The notes under the pieces were generated by a model, which saw only the letters and a program-made list of their open reading frames with translations, was not told the origin of the DNA and made no database searches. A program made the translations under genes and the position numbers. Below are positions 1 to 13,615 of a stretch of DNA of 64,000 nt, one piece after another (position 1 is the stretch's first letter; each line of letters opens with the position of its first letter). Origin of the DNA: Octopus sinensis (Eukaryota); NCBI RefSeq assembly GCF_006345805.1, contig NC_042998.1, positions 73,346,001-73,410,000 of the forward strand, in the 5' to 3' direction.

Positions 1-560
1 TTTGACAAGTAAGGCAAAATGGTTAGTGGCATTTCTTTAAGCACTTTACCGAGGTGACATTGACATTCATCTTTTCAAGCTCTATAAAATAAATATCATT
101 TGAAAACTGAAGTCATGTAATCGATTGATTTGTTCCCTATAAATCCCTGGCCTTGAAACTAAATTTCAAAACATAGACTAAGGATAGCCAAATTACCAAA
201 CGGTTTCTTACATTTGATGGATTTATGAATCTAGAAATCATAAGAAAAGGCCGAAATGAATAGAATAACATGGGCACTTTATCACAGGTGGCCTGATAAT
301 ACCACTTCTGTTTTATAATTCGCAGGGCTATAGTAAATAATGGGAGCGAAAATCATGAGTTAAATTAAATAGATTGCATCTCCGAAGAAAGGAATATTTT
401 GTTCATCAGAGTTATATCCCGTGGATTGGGACCAAAAGTGCCCACATCAGTGTATAACGTATTTGCTTATAGGATAGTAGTGTAGAAGATGAGCGCCTGT
501 GTGAGGATGTGAATGGTGGGAAAGATATATATATATTCTTTTTTTCTTTTTCTTTCTTTT

Positions 561-914
561 ACTTGTTTCAGTCATTTGACTGCGGCCATGCTGGAGCACC
601 GCCTTTGGTCGAGCAAATCGACCCCGGGACTTATTCTTTGTAAGCCCAGTACTTATTCTATCGGTCTCTTTTTGCCGAACCGCTAAGTGACGGGGGATGT
701 AAACACACCAGCACACAAACACACACACATACATATATATATATATACATATATACGACAGGCTTCAGTTTCCGTCTACCAAATCCACTCACAAGGCATT
801 GGTCGGCCCGGGGCTATAGCAGAAGACACTTGCCCAAGATGCCACGCAGTGGGACTGAACCCAGAACCATGTGGCTGGTTAGCAAGCTACTTACCACACA
901 GCCACTCCTGCGCC

Positions 915-915
<1 letters not shown>
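561..915 (-). mobile_element. tRNA-derived SINE, family A (near full length)
   Basis: The minus strand begins AGGCGCAGGAG-TGGCTGTGTGGT (A box, 893-904) ... GGTTCAGTCCC (B box, 851-861). It continues through a CORE-like CTTGGGCAAGTGTCTT motif and an internal (CA/TA)n tract, and ends GGTGCTCCAGCATGGCCGCAGTCAAATGACTGAAACAAGT before an A-rich tail. It recurs several times in the window. Confidence 0.9.
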
Positions 916-974
<59 letters not shown>

Positions 975-1800
975 TACACATGTATATCGAGTAATGCATA
1001 TACAATACAAAATATATGTGCATAACATATATATATATATGTGTATTTATATAAAAGTTTAAAGGTATGTGCGTATGTAATTATATTTATACAGAGAAAG
1101 AGAGAGAGAGACGGGAGAGCGAGCAAAATGACCTCTTAAAACAATTCTGAAGAACGCGCATTGCACGGTAATCGAAACACGAGTACTCGTATACATCGAT
1201 AAAAATAATTATCCCCTAAAGAAAATATATTGCGGAATACATTGTACGATGCATATCCATTTCACCACACATTTTCTAAAATATTAGATTATTTCCCTCA
1301 TCTAGAATTCATGGCGTTTAATATATTTCATCACCCCATCTAAGGAAATGCATGTTCTAATATGTTCTAATACTCCTTGAAAATGAATTTATAAAACATT
1401 TAGCGTTATTATTAGTTTATGTATTTCTTGTTAAATTTACCAAAATTTTTCAACGATATTGTATGGCATCCTACAATCAGTTGTTGAGTTATTTACAGAT
1501 AATTTAAACTGTTTATCTATATTTACGTTTATTATATTTACAGTTTTCAAACTTTAAAAGGGTGTGAATGTATCAGTCTTCTTCCTCTAATGATAGATAC
1601 GAAGCAGTTTATTACTTGCCTCTCTTCAAAGCTGTTCTTTAATGCCCAGTAAAAATATTTCACAATTTTCATGGTTGATAACATTCAAATATTATTTGAG
1701 GCATATAAAAATGCACTTTAATAATAATGTTATATATATATATTTGTGTGTGTGTGTGTGTGTGTTTGTATATGTGTATGTATGCTTCTGTATCTGTGTT

Positions 1801-1960
1801 TATCCCTCCACCATCGCTTAACAACTGATGTTGGTGTATTTCGGCGAAAGAATCGATAGAATAGGTAATAATTACTAGGCTTACAAAGAATAAGTTCTGG
1901 GATCGATTTGTTCCACTACAGGCGGTGCTCCAGCATATCTGCAGTCAAATGACTGAAACT
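1801..1960 (+). mobile_element. SINE family A, 3' half
   Basis: GGCTTACAAAGAATAAG...GGCGGTGCTCCAGCAT..GCAGTCAAATGACTGAAAC matches the 3' part of the 561-915 element. Confidence 0.8.
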
Positions 1961-2188
1961 GGTCGTTATTTCCCTTTCCATGTCGTCTATCTCTGACGAG
2001 CGTATATTATATAACTAGTTTGTTGCCTAACACTTCATTATATTATTTCATGCGAAACCGATTGGTAAGACCAGCCGTGATGGAAAATTAACACCATAAA
2101 ATTCAAACAAAATATATACACAGACACACACAGACAAAGACACAGACACACACATATGTATACATGTATATAATATATATATATATAT

Positions 2189-2244
<56 letters not shown>

Positions 2245-3400
2245 TATATATAGCAAAGGCTGGATCATGAAGTACGTGCATATTCTTGAACAACGAAGCA
2301 CCGCTTGACTAAGTCCAGTACAGCGTAATTTGTACCGAATTAAAATATAATACTAAAATAATGAAACACCATCCTTGCTAAATTCTAAGTTTGTTTCACT
2401 GAATTAGGAAGTCTGCCTATCTATACCAGTCGACCTCGGACTATTTATCCACCGCACTTATGCTCACCATTCTAGTATACCTCAAAAATTACATAATATT
2501 TAGTGGGTTTAATACTAGCAATCATTAGCAACTTACTTCGTGATGTCTATTATCTACACTCATCAACTGCCGGTAATTTGAGCTGAGGATTATTCGCATA
2601 AATTTCAACACTGTGGAAAAGCAAGGAGCCTATTCAGAAGTTTTAAGTATCAGTCTGTTAAAATGTGCAAAATAAAGATATACTCCGCTATACAAAGGGG
2701 AAATCTTCCAAGAGAGAAATATTTACGTCCTTTGATCAAAGTATCAATTTAACATGGACACACAGATAAGTATAATATAAAGCAGCTCTTCATGAGATGA
2801 TGCAAATAAAAAAAAAGACAATTACAAATTTTGGAATAAAGACGCCATCAAGTGTATCAAAAGGCATCAAATGAAAAATTTACAGGGAATAGATAAATTC
2901 TGATGTATGGAATTATCGCCATTATACTGACACATGATATTTTTGCACAGCTAACATATTATATACATGATAATCTGTTACACCATATGATATCAGGTGT
3001 TATTCTTTCTCAGCTATTACATCGTTACACCATGATTGTAAAGAAAAACAGCTAGTAAAACTAACTTAATCTGTAAGGAGATTTGAATTCCCAGCACAGC
3101 CAATTTTTTATATGCAGCAAAATCTCTCTACTCATTCAGTCATGTAAAGGAAATACATACACAACTGTTGCTTTACAAGCTGCAGCTCTATCAAATTTCA
3201 AATGGTAGATTCTGTTGAAGAAGGTTTCAGTTTTGCCTTAAAGTGAAATATGATCAATAAAATTACCAATATCATCATTTCTGCTTGGAGAAATCTGTTC
3301 ATAACTAGTGCTGCATAACTACAGAATTCACGTTATCTTGACAACTAATACTTTGTGACAGTTGTGGTTCTTCTAAACTGACATGTCGCTGATGCTGCCG

Positions 3401-3467
<67 letters not shown>

Positions 3468-3561
3468 CACTGCTAATAATGTTGCTGCTGCTGTGGTCCT
3501 ACTACTTTTACTCCCTACCTCTACCCACAAGCACAAGCATACGTCTGAACACACACATATA

Positions 3562-3610
<49 letters not shown>

Positions 3611-3617
3611 GTATATG

Positions 3618-3649
<32 letters not shown>

Positions 3650-3891
3650 TTATGTATGTATGTATGTATGTATGTACATATATATCTTTATGTAAATCTC
3701 TCTTCAATCGTTCTCTTTTCAAAGAAAATATTTCTTCCAGTCTTCACTATCTTTCCCCTCGTTCTGGTTTAACGACCCTCCATGTTTGTTTTTGTTCAAT
3801 TTTCTTGTATGTTTCCACTGTCCTGTTATTGTTCCCAACTTTGACCCTCCATTAAATCCAAAATTTATTTTAGATTTCATGTGAGTAACTG

Positions 3892-4000
3892 TCTTCGAAG
3901 ACTCATATTGTCGTTCAATCCTCAAAATGAGGGCAGTTGATAGACAGCCGACAACTGATAAAGGATCGTTCTTTGTGTTACGTGTCCTGCTTCCAATTTT
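3892..4000 (+). repeat. Unclassified dispersed repeat (copy 1 of 2; other copy at 44632-44745)
   Basis: TCTTCGAAGACTCATATTGTCG...GATAGACAGCCGACAACTGAT.AAGG.TCGTTCTTT.TGTTAC.TGTCCTG is shared with 44632-44745. Confidence 0.75.
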
Positions 4001-4110
4001 TTTTCTCTTGTTAGCGAATTTAGATCGCTTGTTTTCGTATTTCATGTTATTTACACTTGGTAACGTCCTGTACCTATATTTGCATATATGTATGCATGCA
4101 TGTATGTATG

Positions 4111-4144
<34 letters not shown>

Positions 4145-4580
4145 TGTATGTATGTATGTATGTATGTATGTATGTATGTATATGCATTATTTATATTATT
4201 TATATACTTACATACTTACAGACATACATAGATTAGTTTTGGCTAGTATGCGTCTAGGCCATAACTAAATTATTACCCCCACATGGAAAAGATATTCAAT
4301 GCTATTTCATATTACATTCTTTGGCCACATATACAGAGATATGTACATGAATGTGTATGCGTATGTGTGTGTGTGTGTATTTGCATGTATGCTTGTATAA
4401 AGATATAAAATAACAAGATACTGTGAACATTTTCCATGACATCTTGTTTGGTAGAAATTAATTGCATATCATACACAGTTAAATTCTATAGTTTATACAT
4501 GCACACATACATATATGCAAACACACACACAAATACATACACACATACATATAAAATACATATATACATTCGTATGTGAG

Positions 4581-4638
<58 letters not shown>

Positions 4639-4746
4639 TGTGTGTATGTATACATACATAGATAAATAGATAGATAAATCTTACTTGGTAGAGGATGCTT
4701 GGCGTTGAATCATATAATATAAATAATATATGCATATGCGTATATA

Positions 4747-4795
<49 letters not shown>

Positions 4796-5568
4796 ATATA
4801 TAATATATATATATATATATACATACATACATAAATGCATATGTGGATATATATGTGTGTGTGTGTATTTTTCTCAAATAATGCATTCCGGTAAAAGAAA
4901 AATATCTATGAAAAATTGCTATGGCAACTCCTGTGGTGATCCTATAAATATATAAGAGTGTGAAAACTAGTGAATAGTAAATGAGTTATTTTGAGGGTGT
5001 AAAAGAGTTTTGACAATATGTGAGATTTGTAAAGAATTACTACCTAGGTGGCTAAAGTATACAAAAGTTCTATACAAATGCTTATACAAATAGATGTGCT
5101 GATATGCGGAATCCATAATGCAGGACGTTGTGTTTTTTTATTGCATTATTTTTTAAGTATGTTAGGAAAAACCTACAATGTGTATATAAATGGAATTCAA
5201 ATAACACCTCGTTTGTTTCCTGATTTTCAGGAAAAAGAAACTCTTATACGAGCTTGGCGTTGATTTAATATTATTTCATTCTACGCAAGAATATTCAGAA
5301 CTTCATTTTACTTTCTTTTTTCTCACACCAATGCAACACAATCTTTAGCTACGCGCATGTGTTTGCTTGCGTGCCCGTATGTGTGTGTGTGTGTAAACTT
5401 CATGTGTGACGTGTGAGTAAGTGTCTGTGTCTGCGTTTTCGTGCATGATTGTGTGTGTGTATTCATGGTTCCGTGTTGGTGTCTCTGCTGTTCGTATGTT
5501 CAATTATAGACGTGGTGGGGATAATGGTGACTGGGTTGGACAGATGACTAGCTGCAAGAGCAAACACA

Positions 5569-6395
5569 TAATTGTTCGAGTTAAATTTGAAATTTTTCAT
5601 CGAACACAAAAAAAAATACAACATCCCATCACTAAATAAAAGCATTTTAAAGAATCAAAACATATATCAACTAGACTATGGCTGGGTGATAATAGCTTAC
5701 TCAAAGTAGCTTGCCCTCAGCTTCCACAATCGTATCAAGTAGGCTCCAAAAATTGCTACATACGTTTTTGTGTCCCTGGAAAGATCTTCGAATACCTCCT
5801 TGGTCTTGGCCACCAGCTCGGCCGTGATGTTGCATGCATAGTAGTTCGTGTCCTAGATCACGCCCTTCATATAGCAATGCATGGTATTACAATCGCAGAA
5901 ATTTGGGAGGCCAGAAATTGGGGATTGTGACGATATAGAAAATTTCCGGCAACTTCTGACATCTGTCGGAGGTATAGCAAGCTGCTAAACCTTGTTAATA
6001 ATGCACATATGGCTTTCCATTAGCCACTTTATTTATCCAGGGACTGTCCACAGTCACCAAAAGTTTCACATAGCTGTCTGAATTGAGCCTAAGGCCCCGT
6101 TCTGGGAGGACATCCGGCGTGCGAACGAAGTCTCCTTTGTAGTTGTCCATATCACATCTTATAGCCCTTACAGTGTTCACATGGGATTAAACAGCATTCC
6201 TGGTGTCGACATTTGAGACATCTGGCATGAACCATCATAATGTAGCTAATTCTTTTCCAGCATTCAAATAGATTCCATGTCACCTAACTGTTTTTAACTA
6301 CAACTTTAATCTTCACGCTGTTGACCAATACGTCACGTTCTCCTTGAGAAAAAGTATCCATAGAAAATCGTCAAATTTAGCCCGAACGCCGCGTA
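5569..6395 (-). mobile_element. Internally deleted, decayed Tc1/mariner DNA transposon (maT/DD37D-like C-terminus)
   Basis: The minus-strand translation GLRLNSDSYVKLLVTVDSPWINKVANGKPYVHY*QGLAACYTS... FWPP..DCNTM... AELVAKTKEVFEDL... YFE* resembles the QQDSAPCH / WPPNSPDxNPxD transposase motifs; the stop is at 5697-5699. The inverted repeats GTTCGAGTTAAATTTGA (5574-5590) and the reverse complement of 6371-6387 match at 15/17. Confidence 0.85.
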
Positions 6396-6546
6396 GATGT
6401 GTGCTCGCGCGATTGTGTGTGTGGGTATAAAATTATGCATAAATATGAATACATACATAGACACTCACCTACGTGCATACATACTTACATGCATAAACAT
6501 AAACACACACACACATACATACACACACATATATGTATATATATAT

Positions 6547-6597
<51 letters not shown>

Positions 6598-6805
6598 TGA
6601 ATGTATTCCACGAGAGTTGTACAGTTCAATATTTTGATCATCAAACATTCATTCAAAGGTAAAATGATAAATTATACAACCAATGAATCAAAAGTGCAAC
6701 AGTCGGAAACGTAGTTATGAGAACGTTTTTGTTTCCGCTTTTCCATGTTTTGAATCATTTTAGTAATATACAGACAGACAGACTGACACACAGACAGACA
6801 GTCAG

Positions 6806-6934
<129 letters not shown>

Positions 6935-7610
6935 GAGTGGAAGGAGACGGAGGGAATGAGGGAAGAAAGAAAGACAGAGAGAGGGAGATATAGATTCAAA
7001 TGTTTTAAAGTCAACATCAAGTCCTATTTAGACATGGAAATCTCAGATGTCAAGCTGACAACTTCCGTTTCTACAAAATATTGAACTGAAGATATGAAAC
7101 CCAACACAAAAGGAAACATATCATTTGTCAAAATACATTTCATTATTTTCTTTTTTTCCTAAAATATTTTATGTTTTATATCCAGATATAGAATGATCTG
7201 GCCTAAAGCAAACTCTACTTAATTTTAGTAAAAACTATCATTACCCTAGCGCTATAATTGACTTAGAGAAACGTATTCTAAAACAACCAGTGCAGTATGG
7301 AGTATGTTGTGAGGCTTACTTTAATTTCTGCAAGTTGATGATTACTGTATCTAGAGTGTAACAAGGTGGCGGATAAAACAGTGGGGATTTGGTAGCATGA
7401 AATATACCATTATGACGATGGTAAAAGTGTCAGTTATTTGATCTTATATTGTTTTATAACACGAAGACAGCACTAACTGCATTGCCCGTACAACCTCAGA
7501 CCAACTCACAAAACCATCGGAATGAGCGTTACGTATTCCAGAAATAGCCTGAGGTTTCCTTCGTTTAGTTTGAAAAATCTATGAAACATATTTATAACAT
7601 TTAACACACT

Positions 7611-7665
<55 letters not shown>

Positions 7666-7989
7666 AATAAATTACTTTTTCTGTCATTCAAGATGCAATG
7701 GTGTAATATTAGAATTTTTGCTTTGTCGATGTGTCAGTATTTTGTGTCTTCGCCAGCGCAGATTATTACATAGATTTCTAGGATTACAGATGGACTATCA
7801 TGTGTGCCTTTTATTTTCTAAAGAAAGTATCCCAATAAGTGCATTATCCAATATATCATTTGCTCAAATTTGATATTAGAGTCAGTTCGCTATAATCAGT
7901 ACGAACGGCTATTTTTATCAGATATAACAGCCATTAGTTTCAAACTTTTGCAAAAGACCGGCAATTTCTATGGTGATAGCGGTGGTGAG

Positions 7990-8115
7990 GTGGTACTTAT
8001 TTTATTAACTTGCAAAAATATGAATGGCAAAGTCGGCCTGGGCAGAATTTGAAGTCAGAATGTAAAGACGAAAGAAATACCACAACGGATTTTGCCCTTC
8101 GTTAAAACGATTCAC
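7990..8115 (-). mobile_element. SINE family B, degenerate copy
   Basis: GGTACTTATTTT...GGCAAAGTCGGCCTGGGCAGAATTTGAAGTCAGAATGTAAAGAC matches family B copies such as 20331-20533. Confidence 0.65.
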
Positions 8116-9059
8116 CATCTTACGGCCATGTAATATCAAGTGTTAATTATATACAACTTGCCAGTCGAGACGAACAGAAAAACTTTTAGTAATGACGTTT
8201 GCTAATTGAAGACGCATTAGAAAGTAGACCAAGTTATCAATTAAGTGGTTGAAATTCATATAACAACAGCTGTAATAACAGTCTCTAACAAGTATCACAA
8301 TTGTTGTCAACGAGCGAATATAATTTATTTCAATCATGAGTCATTTAAGTGAGTTGTATTCCTCCATTGAACAGCATTTTGATACATCTTGACGTAAATT
8401 TATTCAATTAAGAATACATAATGCCAGAATTTTACGAAAGCTGCTAACGACAATTAAGACACGGGTGAATCACACCTACACAGATTTTATTTTTATTCTA
8501 ACTTGCTACGTTGCTATTTGGTCAACCGAAACCTTATAAGTAAATTCCATGTGTTAAACTGCGTGGAAGCTGATGAAATGAATAGTTCCTTTCCTCATGT
8601 ATTACTATAAAATCCTAACCATATCTAACATTACTTAACCCTTGCGTTCCCTACATACAGTTTACTTAGCTACAAGTATTTAAACCTGATGTCCGGTCAA
8701 AAAAATACTTCCATTATTTCACTTATCACTCTCAAAGATCCCAAATATGATCATGAATAGCTTTCCTTCCACTTCTGACAAACCATAAAAGACGAGATCC
8801 AGAATGGGTTGCTTGGTCATGGGATTTTGCATGTACAGACACAGAAATGAACAAGTAAAAACACATATATACAACACACATACTAACACATTCACAGGCA
8901 CGTATAATGCACCGACGTCCACTCGTACATATTGAAATACTTAACGTTGATAAATACTTGGGTGCATGCATATCACAACAATGAATCATAATGATCTGGG
9001 TCAGAGAAGAGGAGCTGTGGACGACGTAATAATAATGGTTAGTGACAAAAAACGCATCT

Positions 9060-9480
9060 GTGTAGAACAGAAGAGAAATCTGCGTTTACTTCAACCGAAA
9101 TATGAGTGTAGATTTCTACCAACCATTGTGAGAACATTTGGTTAGATAAACATTTGCCTCATTACCAAACTTCAGAAACTGTAGCTGACAAAACTAGATA
9201 TCGAGATCGATTGGAAATCGGCACTGGAATGGTAATATCGATATGCTCTACGGAAGAGGAGATAAAGGAGGTAGAGGCTTGAGCTCAACGGAGACAGTCT
9301 TCGAATGTCGTACTGTCTCTCTCAGGCAGCACTTGCTAAAAAACAGCAGGAAAAGTAAATACATTATCTTAGTGCTGAAACGTGAAGAGAACAATAGACT
9401 ACGTGTCACAGTAAGCTATCCAGAAAGGACTCTCTTCCTCATGAGCTCCCATACAACCACAAAACGCCTGGAGTAGCATA
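9060..9480 (+). mobile_element. R4/Dong-type non-LTR retrotransposon fragment (post-RT region)
   Basis: LYGRGDKGGRGLSSTETVFECRTVSLRQHLLKN matches the RLYL.R..GGRGL motif that also appears in the 52846-53890 Dong fragment. Confidence 0.65.
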
Positions 9481-9749
9481 CTTCAAAGAAGATCTGGTTG
9501 TGAAATCCTCAACATGCAAAATAAAGACTATTTATGCGCACTTAGACGTAGAAGTTCTGTCAGAACTAACTATACGGCGGTAAATATCATGAGAAACTCT
9601 CATATTGGCTTTTGGTGCAAAATGCACACTTGTTTATATCACTAGCGGGGAGGTAAATACCCGACATCTCCAGCGCCATGACCACCAGATCACGTGATTT
9701 GAACTTTCCATGGTGTTTGACCGCTAGAGATAGTAGCAACTCATCTCCC

Positions 9750-11309
9750 TACCAGTAGTACGCAGGAAAGTGTGTAAAGAATGCTATGGGGTCGGATTGG
9801 AAGGATAGGGAAGGTGGGGTGGGAATGTGTAGGGGTGGGGTGGGCTTATGGAAGAGGGTTGACGATGAAGTGGGAAGGGGAAGATGGGTATGAGAGAAGA
9901 GAGAAAGAGAGAAAAGTGAAAGAGAGTAGGGGTGAAGAGTAGTAGGAGTGAAGAGAAGAAGGAGCCGGAACAAGAGAGGAGAGGTGGGTGGGAGGAAGTA
10001 GGAGGGAGAGGGAGAGAGGCAAGGGGAGGAGGTTAGAAGAAGTGGTGAGGAGAGTTGAGCCCATGTGGCGCAAAGGTACGGAGATTAATCCCTGTTCCCG
10101 GCGCAGATGGGAGTCCAGATGGCCTCTGTGCAAGGATAATTCGAATATGGACAAATGTTGCAAAGAGTGACCGGTAGAGCGGAAATGGCGTGAGACCGGG
10201 GTGTCATTGCCGAGGCGGATATCTCGGAGGTTTTCCGCGAACCGGTCACCCAAGCGGCGTCCGTTTGTCCGGTGTACAGAGAATGGCAGAGAGCAGGAGA
10301 TGCGATAGATGGTATTGGTAGAAGTGCAGGTGAAGGAGTCGGTGATATGGCAGGGTCGATGATGGGTGCCTGTGAGAGGGTGGCGTTGGAGAGGTAAGGG
10401 CAAGTGTGGCAGCGTGGGCGGGAGCAGGGAAACGAGCCCCGTTGGGAGGTTGGGATGGAGAAGAAGCTGTGGACCAAGAGGTTTCGTAGGTTGTGGACTC
10501 GTTTGAAGGAGGGGAGGAGTCGGTTAGGGAAGATATGTAAAGTGGAGGGGTCGGACTGGAGATGACGGAAAGCTCGGAGAACGGTGAGTTATGGAGGTAG
10601 GGTGGTAGATGTGGAGAAAAGGGAGGCGGGAGACTGCAGGGCGGGTTCGGGTGGAGAGAGCAGATGCACGGTCCACGGAACGTGCTCTGGCAAGGGCCGT
10701 GTGGATAGTGGTGAGGGGATATCCACGTAGGATGAAGTGGCGAGCCATGAGTTGAGACTGAGTCTCAAAGTCATGGTTGTCACTACAGAGCCTGCGTACA
10801 CAGAGGAATTGGGGACAAGGGATGGAAAGCTTGGTGTGTTTAGGGTGGGAGGGGGAGAAGTTCAGGTATGAGTGTGAGTCTGTGTATTTGTAGTGGATGG
10901 AGATGGTAAGAGTGGAGTGATGAATGCTCATCAAAATGTCAAGAAAAGAGACATAGGTGTCAGAGATAGTGCAAGAGATGTGGAGGGGAGGATGGAAAGA
11001 TTTGACAAAATTGAGGAAGGAGTCTAGTTGTTCGCGGGAGAGTGAGGTTGCACCGATACAGTTGTCAATATACCGGCCATATAGTTTGGGAGTGAGACCA
11101 GAGAAACTTGAGAATATTTGGGCATCAACGTAGCCAACGAACAGGTTCGCATAGTTGGGGACCATTCTCGTTCCCATGGTCACTCCAGAGAGTTCTGCTG
11201 AAAAATCGCCCGCGAACGAGACGCAGTTGAGTGATAGGACAACTTCGGCCAGACGAACGAGTGTGGAGGTGTCGAGTTGGGGGTTGGGTCGGCGGTCAAG
11301 GAAATGTAC

Positions 11310-11310
<1 letters not shown>
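9750..11310 (-). mobile_element. Penelope-like element (Neptune-like): 5'-truncated RT, Cys linker and GIY-YIG endonuclease, frameshifted
   Basis: RT: LVRLAEVVLSLN...MGTRMVPNYANLFVGY...RYIDN...SFLD...HYKYTDSHSYLNF.PSHPKHTK.SIP (10524-11300). Linker: FPCSRPRCHTCP. Endonuclease: FTCTSTNTIYRISC...GRRLGDRFAENLRDIR...VSRHF (about 10085-10340). A pyrimidine-rich 3' region follows. YIDN replaces the catalytic YxDD and there are several frameshifts, so the copy is inactive. Confidence 0.92.
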
Positions 11311-11345
<35 letters not shown>

Positions 11346-11398
11346 ATATATATATATATATATTATATATATATGTATGTATACATATATATATTTAC

Positions 11399-11439
<41 letters not shown>

Positions 11440-11441
11440 AA

Positions 11442-11770
11442 GGGTAAAGACCCCTTCGGTCATGAATGACCATGGGATTGCACCTAGAAAGTTACCCTCC
11501 TAGACACAAGTCCGGGCAAGGTTGTTTATGGAAGACCAGCAGTCGCCCATGCATACCAGCCTCCACGCCACCAGTGTTATCCAAGGGAAAGACAAAGGTC
11601 GATACAGCTTGGCACCTGTGACGTCGCAACTCATTTCTACAGCTGAGTGAACTGGAGCAACGTGAAAATAAAGTGCTTTGCTCAAGAACACAACACGCAG
11701 CCCGGACCGGGATTCGAGCTCACAACCTCACGATCGTAGCTCAACGCTCTAACCACTGAGCCATGCGCCT
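11442..11770 (-). mobile_element. tRNA-derived SINE, family C (full length)
   Basis: Minus-strand head GGCGCA-TGGCTCAGTGGTT (A box)...GCTCGAATCCC (B box), then a CORE-like GTGTTCTTGAGCAAAGCACTT...CACTCAGCTGTAGAAATG, a ~200-bp body and a T-rich end. Confidence 0.88.
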
Positions 11771-11806
11771 TCACACACACACACACCACCACCATATATA
11801 TATATA

Positions 11807-11895
<89 letters not shown>

Positions 11896-13517
11896 ATATT
11901 ATATATATATATATATATAATATATATGTATTATACAATTATATATTTACATATATATATATGTTTATATATTTTGCATTTGTACTTGCAATCCAAGAAC
12001 AGGAGATTGCTACAAAGAAATCTATTAAACGAAAGAGATCGTGAAGCTTTAGAACCCCAAGATCCAAAGGAAGATATTATATCTGTGTGGAAGATATCAC
12101 ATATGCGATTAGTTAAAAAGTTACTATTACATCTGTATGTGACACGACGTTGTCGCTAAAACAAAATGTGGACGTCAATATTGAAATGAAGGCTTATGGG
12201 AAAATGTATCTTTTGGATGAAGAAAAATAGTTGCTGCACAGATTGTTTTTTTGGCGTCATGTTGGCTAGAATGGGTTGGAGAGTGATCTCAATAATATGA
12301 TTATATAAGATGGCAGGCTGTATTATGTATGCTCAAACATGGAATTAGAGAAATAAGTGTAGCACTTTTTACACCATCAACAAATTATCCAAATTAAATA
12401 CAGTGATTCCCACTTTTTTTTTTCTGGCTCAAATTTTACCTCCGTCTTCCAAGCCCACTAAAACTTCGCTTCCAAGGGAACGTCTATTTGATCGTTAGTC
12501 CTGCTAAAAATACCAGCAAACTTTTCCAAAGCACACCGTGACGTTTTAGGAACCTGGCATAATGTACTGCATGATACATAATATCTAAAACATTGTGGAA
12601 TCTTCATAGGTGGAATCGCCTTTAGCATATACACCTTCAATTGGAGTAGATGTTTGGCTAAATAGCAACTACAACAACGCCTATGTATCACCGTCAAAAA
12701 CAGGTATTACTATGCTTTCCGGTATATAAGGCACTGCTTCTTTCGAATATTTCCGACCAAAGCTCCTCTTGCTCCTTTTATGATAAAGGGTATGCTCTGA
12801 GTAAACTTGGTTAGTAGAGGTCAGTTGTGGTTGTTGGCGGTGGCATTCGGTAGGATTAAAGTACGTATTGTATCTTAGGTTACCATAACAGCTTACCAAA
12901 GGTCGTTAGTCTAAATTTTCCTACACATGATTCCTACACATGATAATGTTTTTGACATTCAGCTTCGGATTTTGGTTTTAACTGCAGTTTATGTCTCGCA
13001 GATTAGGCCTCCCAAATTTATAGTGGCACTTATCTGTCCGAAAATATAGTAAATATGTATACGTGGCTTTCAGACTTTCCCTATATATTTACATGAATCG
13101 ACTTACAGATATTTATTTTACTAAAAGAGTTGCATGACCACCCACGCTACACGCTAGGAGACAGTCAAAACGACCGAAAACCACCAAATTTATGCAATTT
13201 CAAAGGGAATGAAAAAATAAAAACCGTTACCTTGATTTTACGGTTATACCTATAGGTTTTGAAATTTTTTAGTAAATAAAATAATTTACTAGGCAAATTC
13301 TCATCAGTAACCGAGCCATCCAAGACTCACCTATAATTATGAGAACAATAGCACGTGTCCCATCTTTATATGTTATAATTTTTTCAAAATCCACCACGCA
13401 AGCGCAGTTTCAGTCGGCAGAAAATTATGTGGTGAAGCAAATTTTGATGAACCCTAATTAAAATTATACTCATAATTATAGAATTTATATATATAAAAGA
13501 GACCGATATAATCAGAA

Positions 13518-13615
13518 CTAAGCTTACAAAGAATAAGTTTGCGGATCGATTTCCTTGACAGAGGGCGGTGCTCCAGCATGGCCGAATTCAAATAACTAAA
13601 ATAAATAAAAGAATA
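13518..13615 (+). mobile_element. SINE family A, 3' end fragment
   Basis: AGCTTACAAAGAATAAG...GGCGGTGCTCCAGCATGGCCG...AAATAAATAAAAGAATA. Confidence 0.75.

Noticed and set aside
1147-1195. CTGAAGA...GAAAC-ACGAGTACTCGT-A hammerhead-like string with a 12-bp palindrome
   Set aside because: Helix I and helix II cannot be paired and helix III is out of register by 2 nt; at best an unrecognisable relic.
9690-9750. Putative further dispersed repeat (GACC.GCTAGA.ATAG.AGC..ATCTCCCT; also about 28240-28320 and 34660-34720)
   Set aside because: The copies are too diverged to delimit or classify by eye; noted only.
11700-11770. tRNA gene calls for SINE heads (also 845-915 and 20440-20533)
   Set aside because: A and B boxes are present, but they continue into repeated SINE bodies and I could not form a clean acceptor stem, so they are SINE heads rather than tRNA genes.
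11780-11930. Patterned interruptions (TATAAT, TATTAT) within (TA)n tracts as a possible code
   Set aside because: Single-base indels in long (TA)n are typical of slippage or long-read consensus error, and I see no periodicity.
12400-13460. Possible DNA transposon (TA-CAGTGATTCCC start, ...GATGAACCCTA end, short minus-strand ORFs)
   Set aside because: I could not match a TIR pair or any transposase motif.
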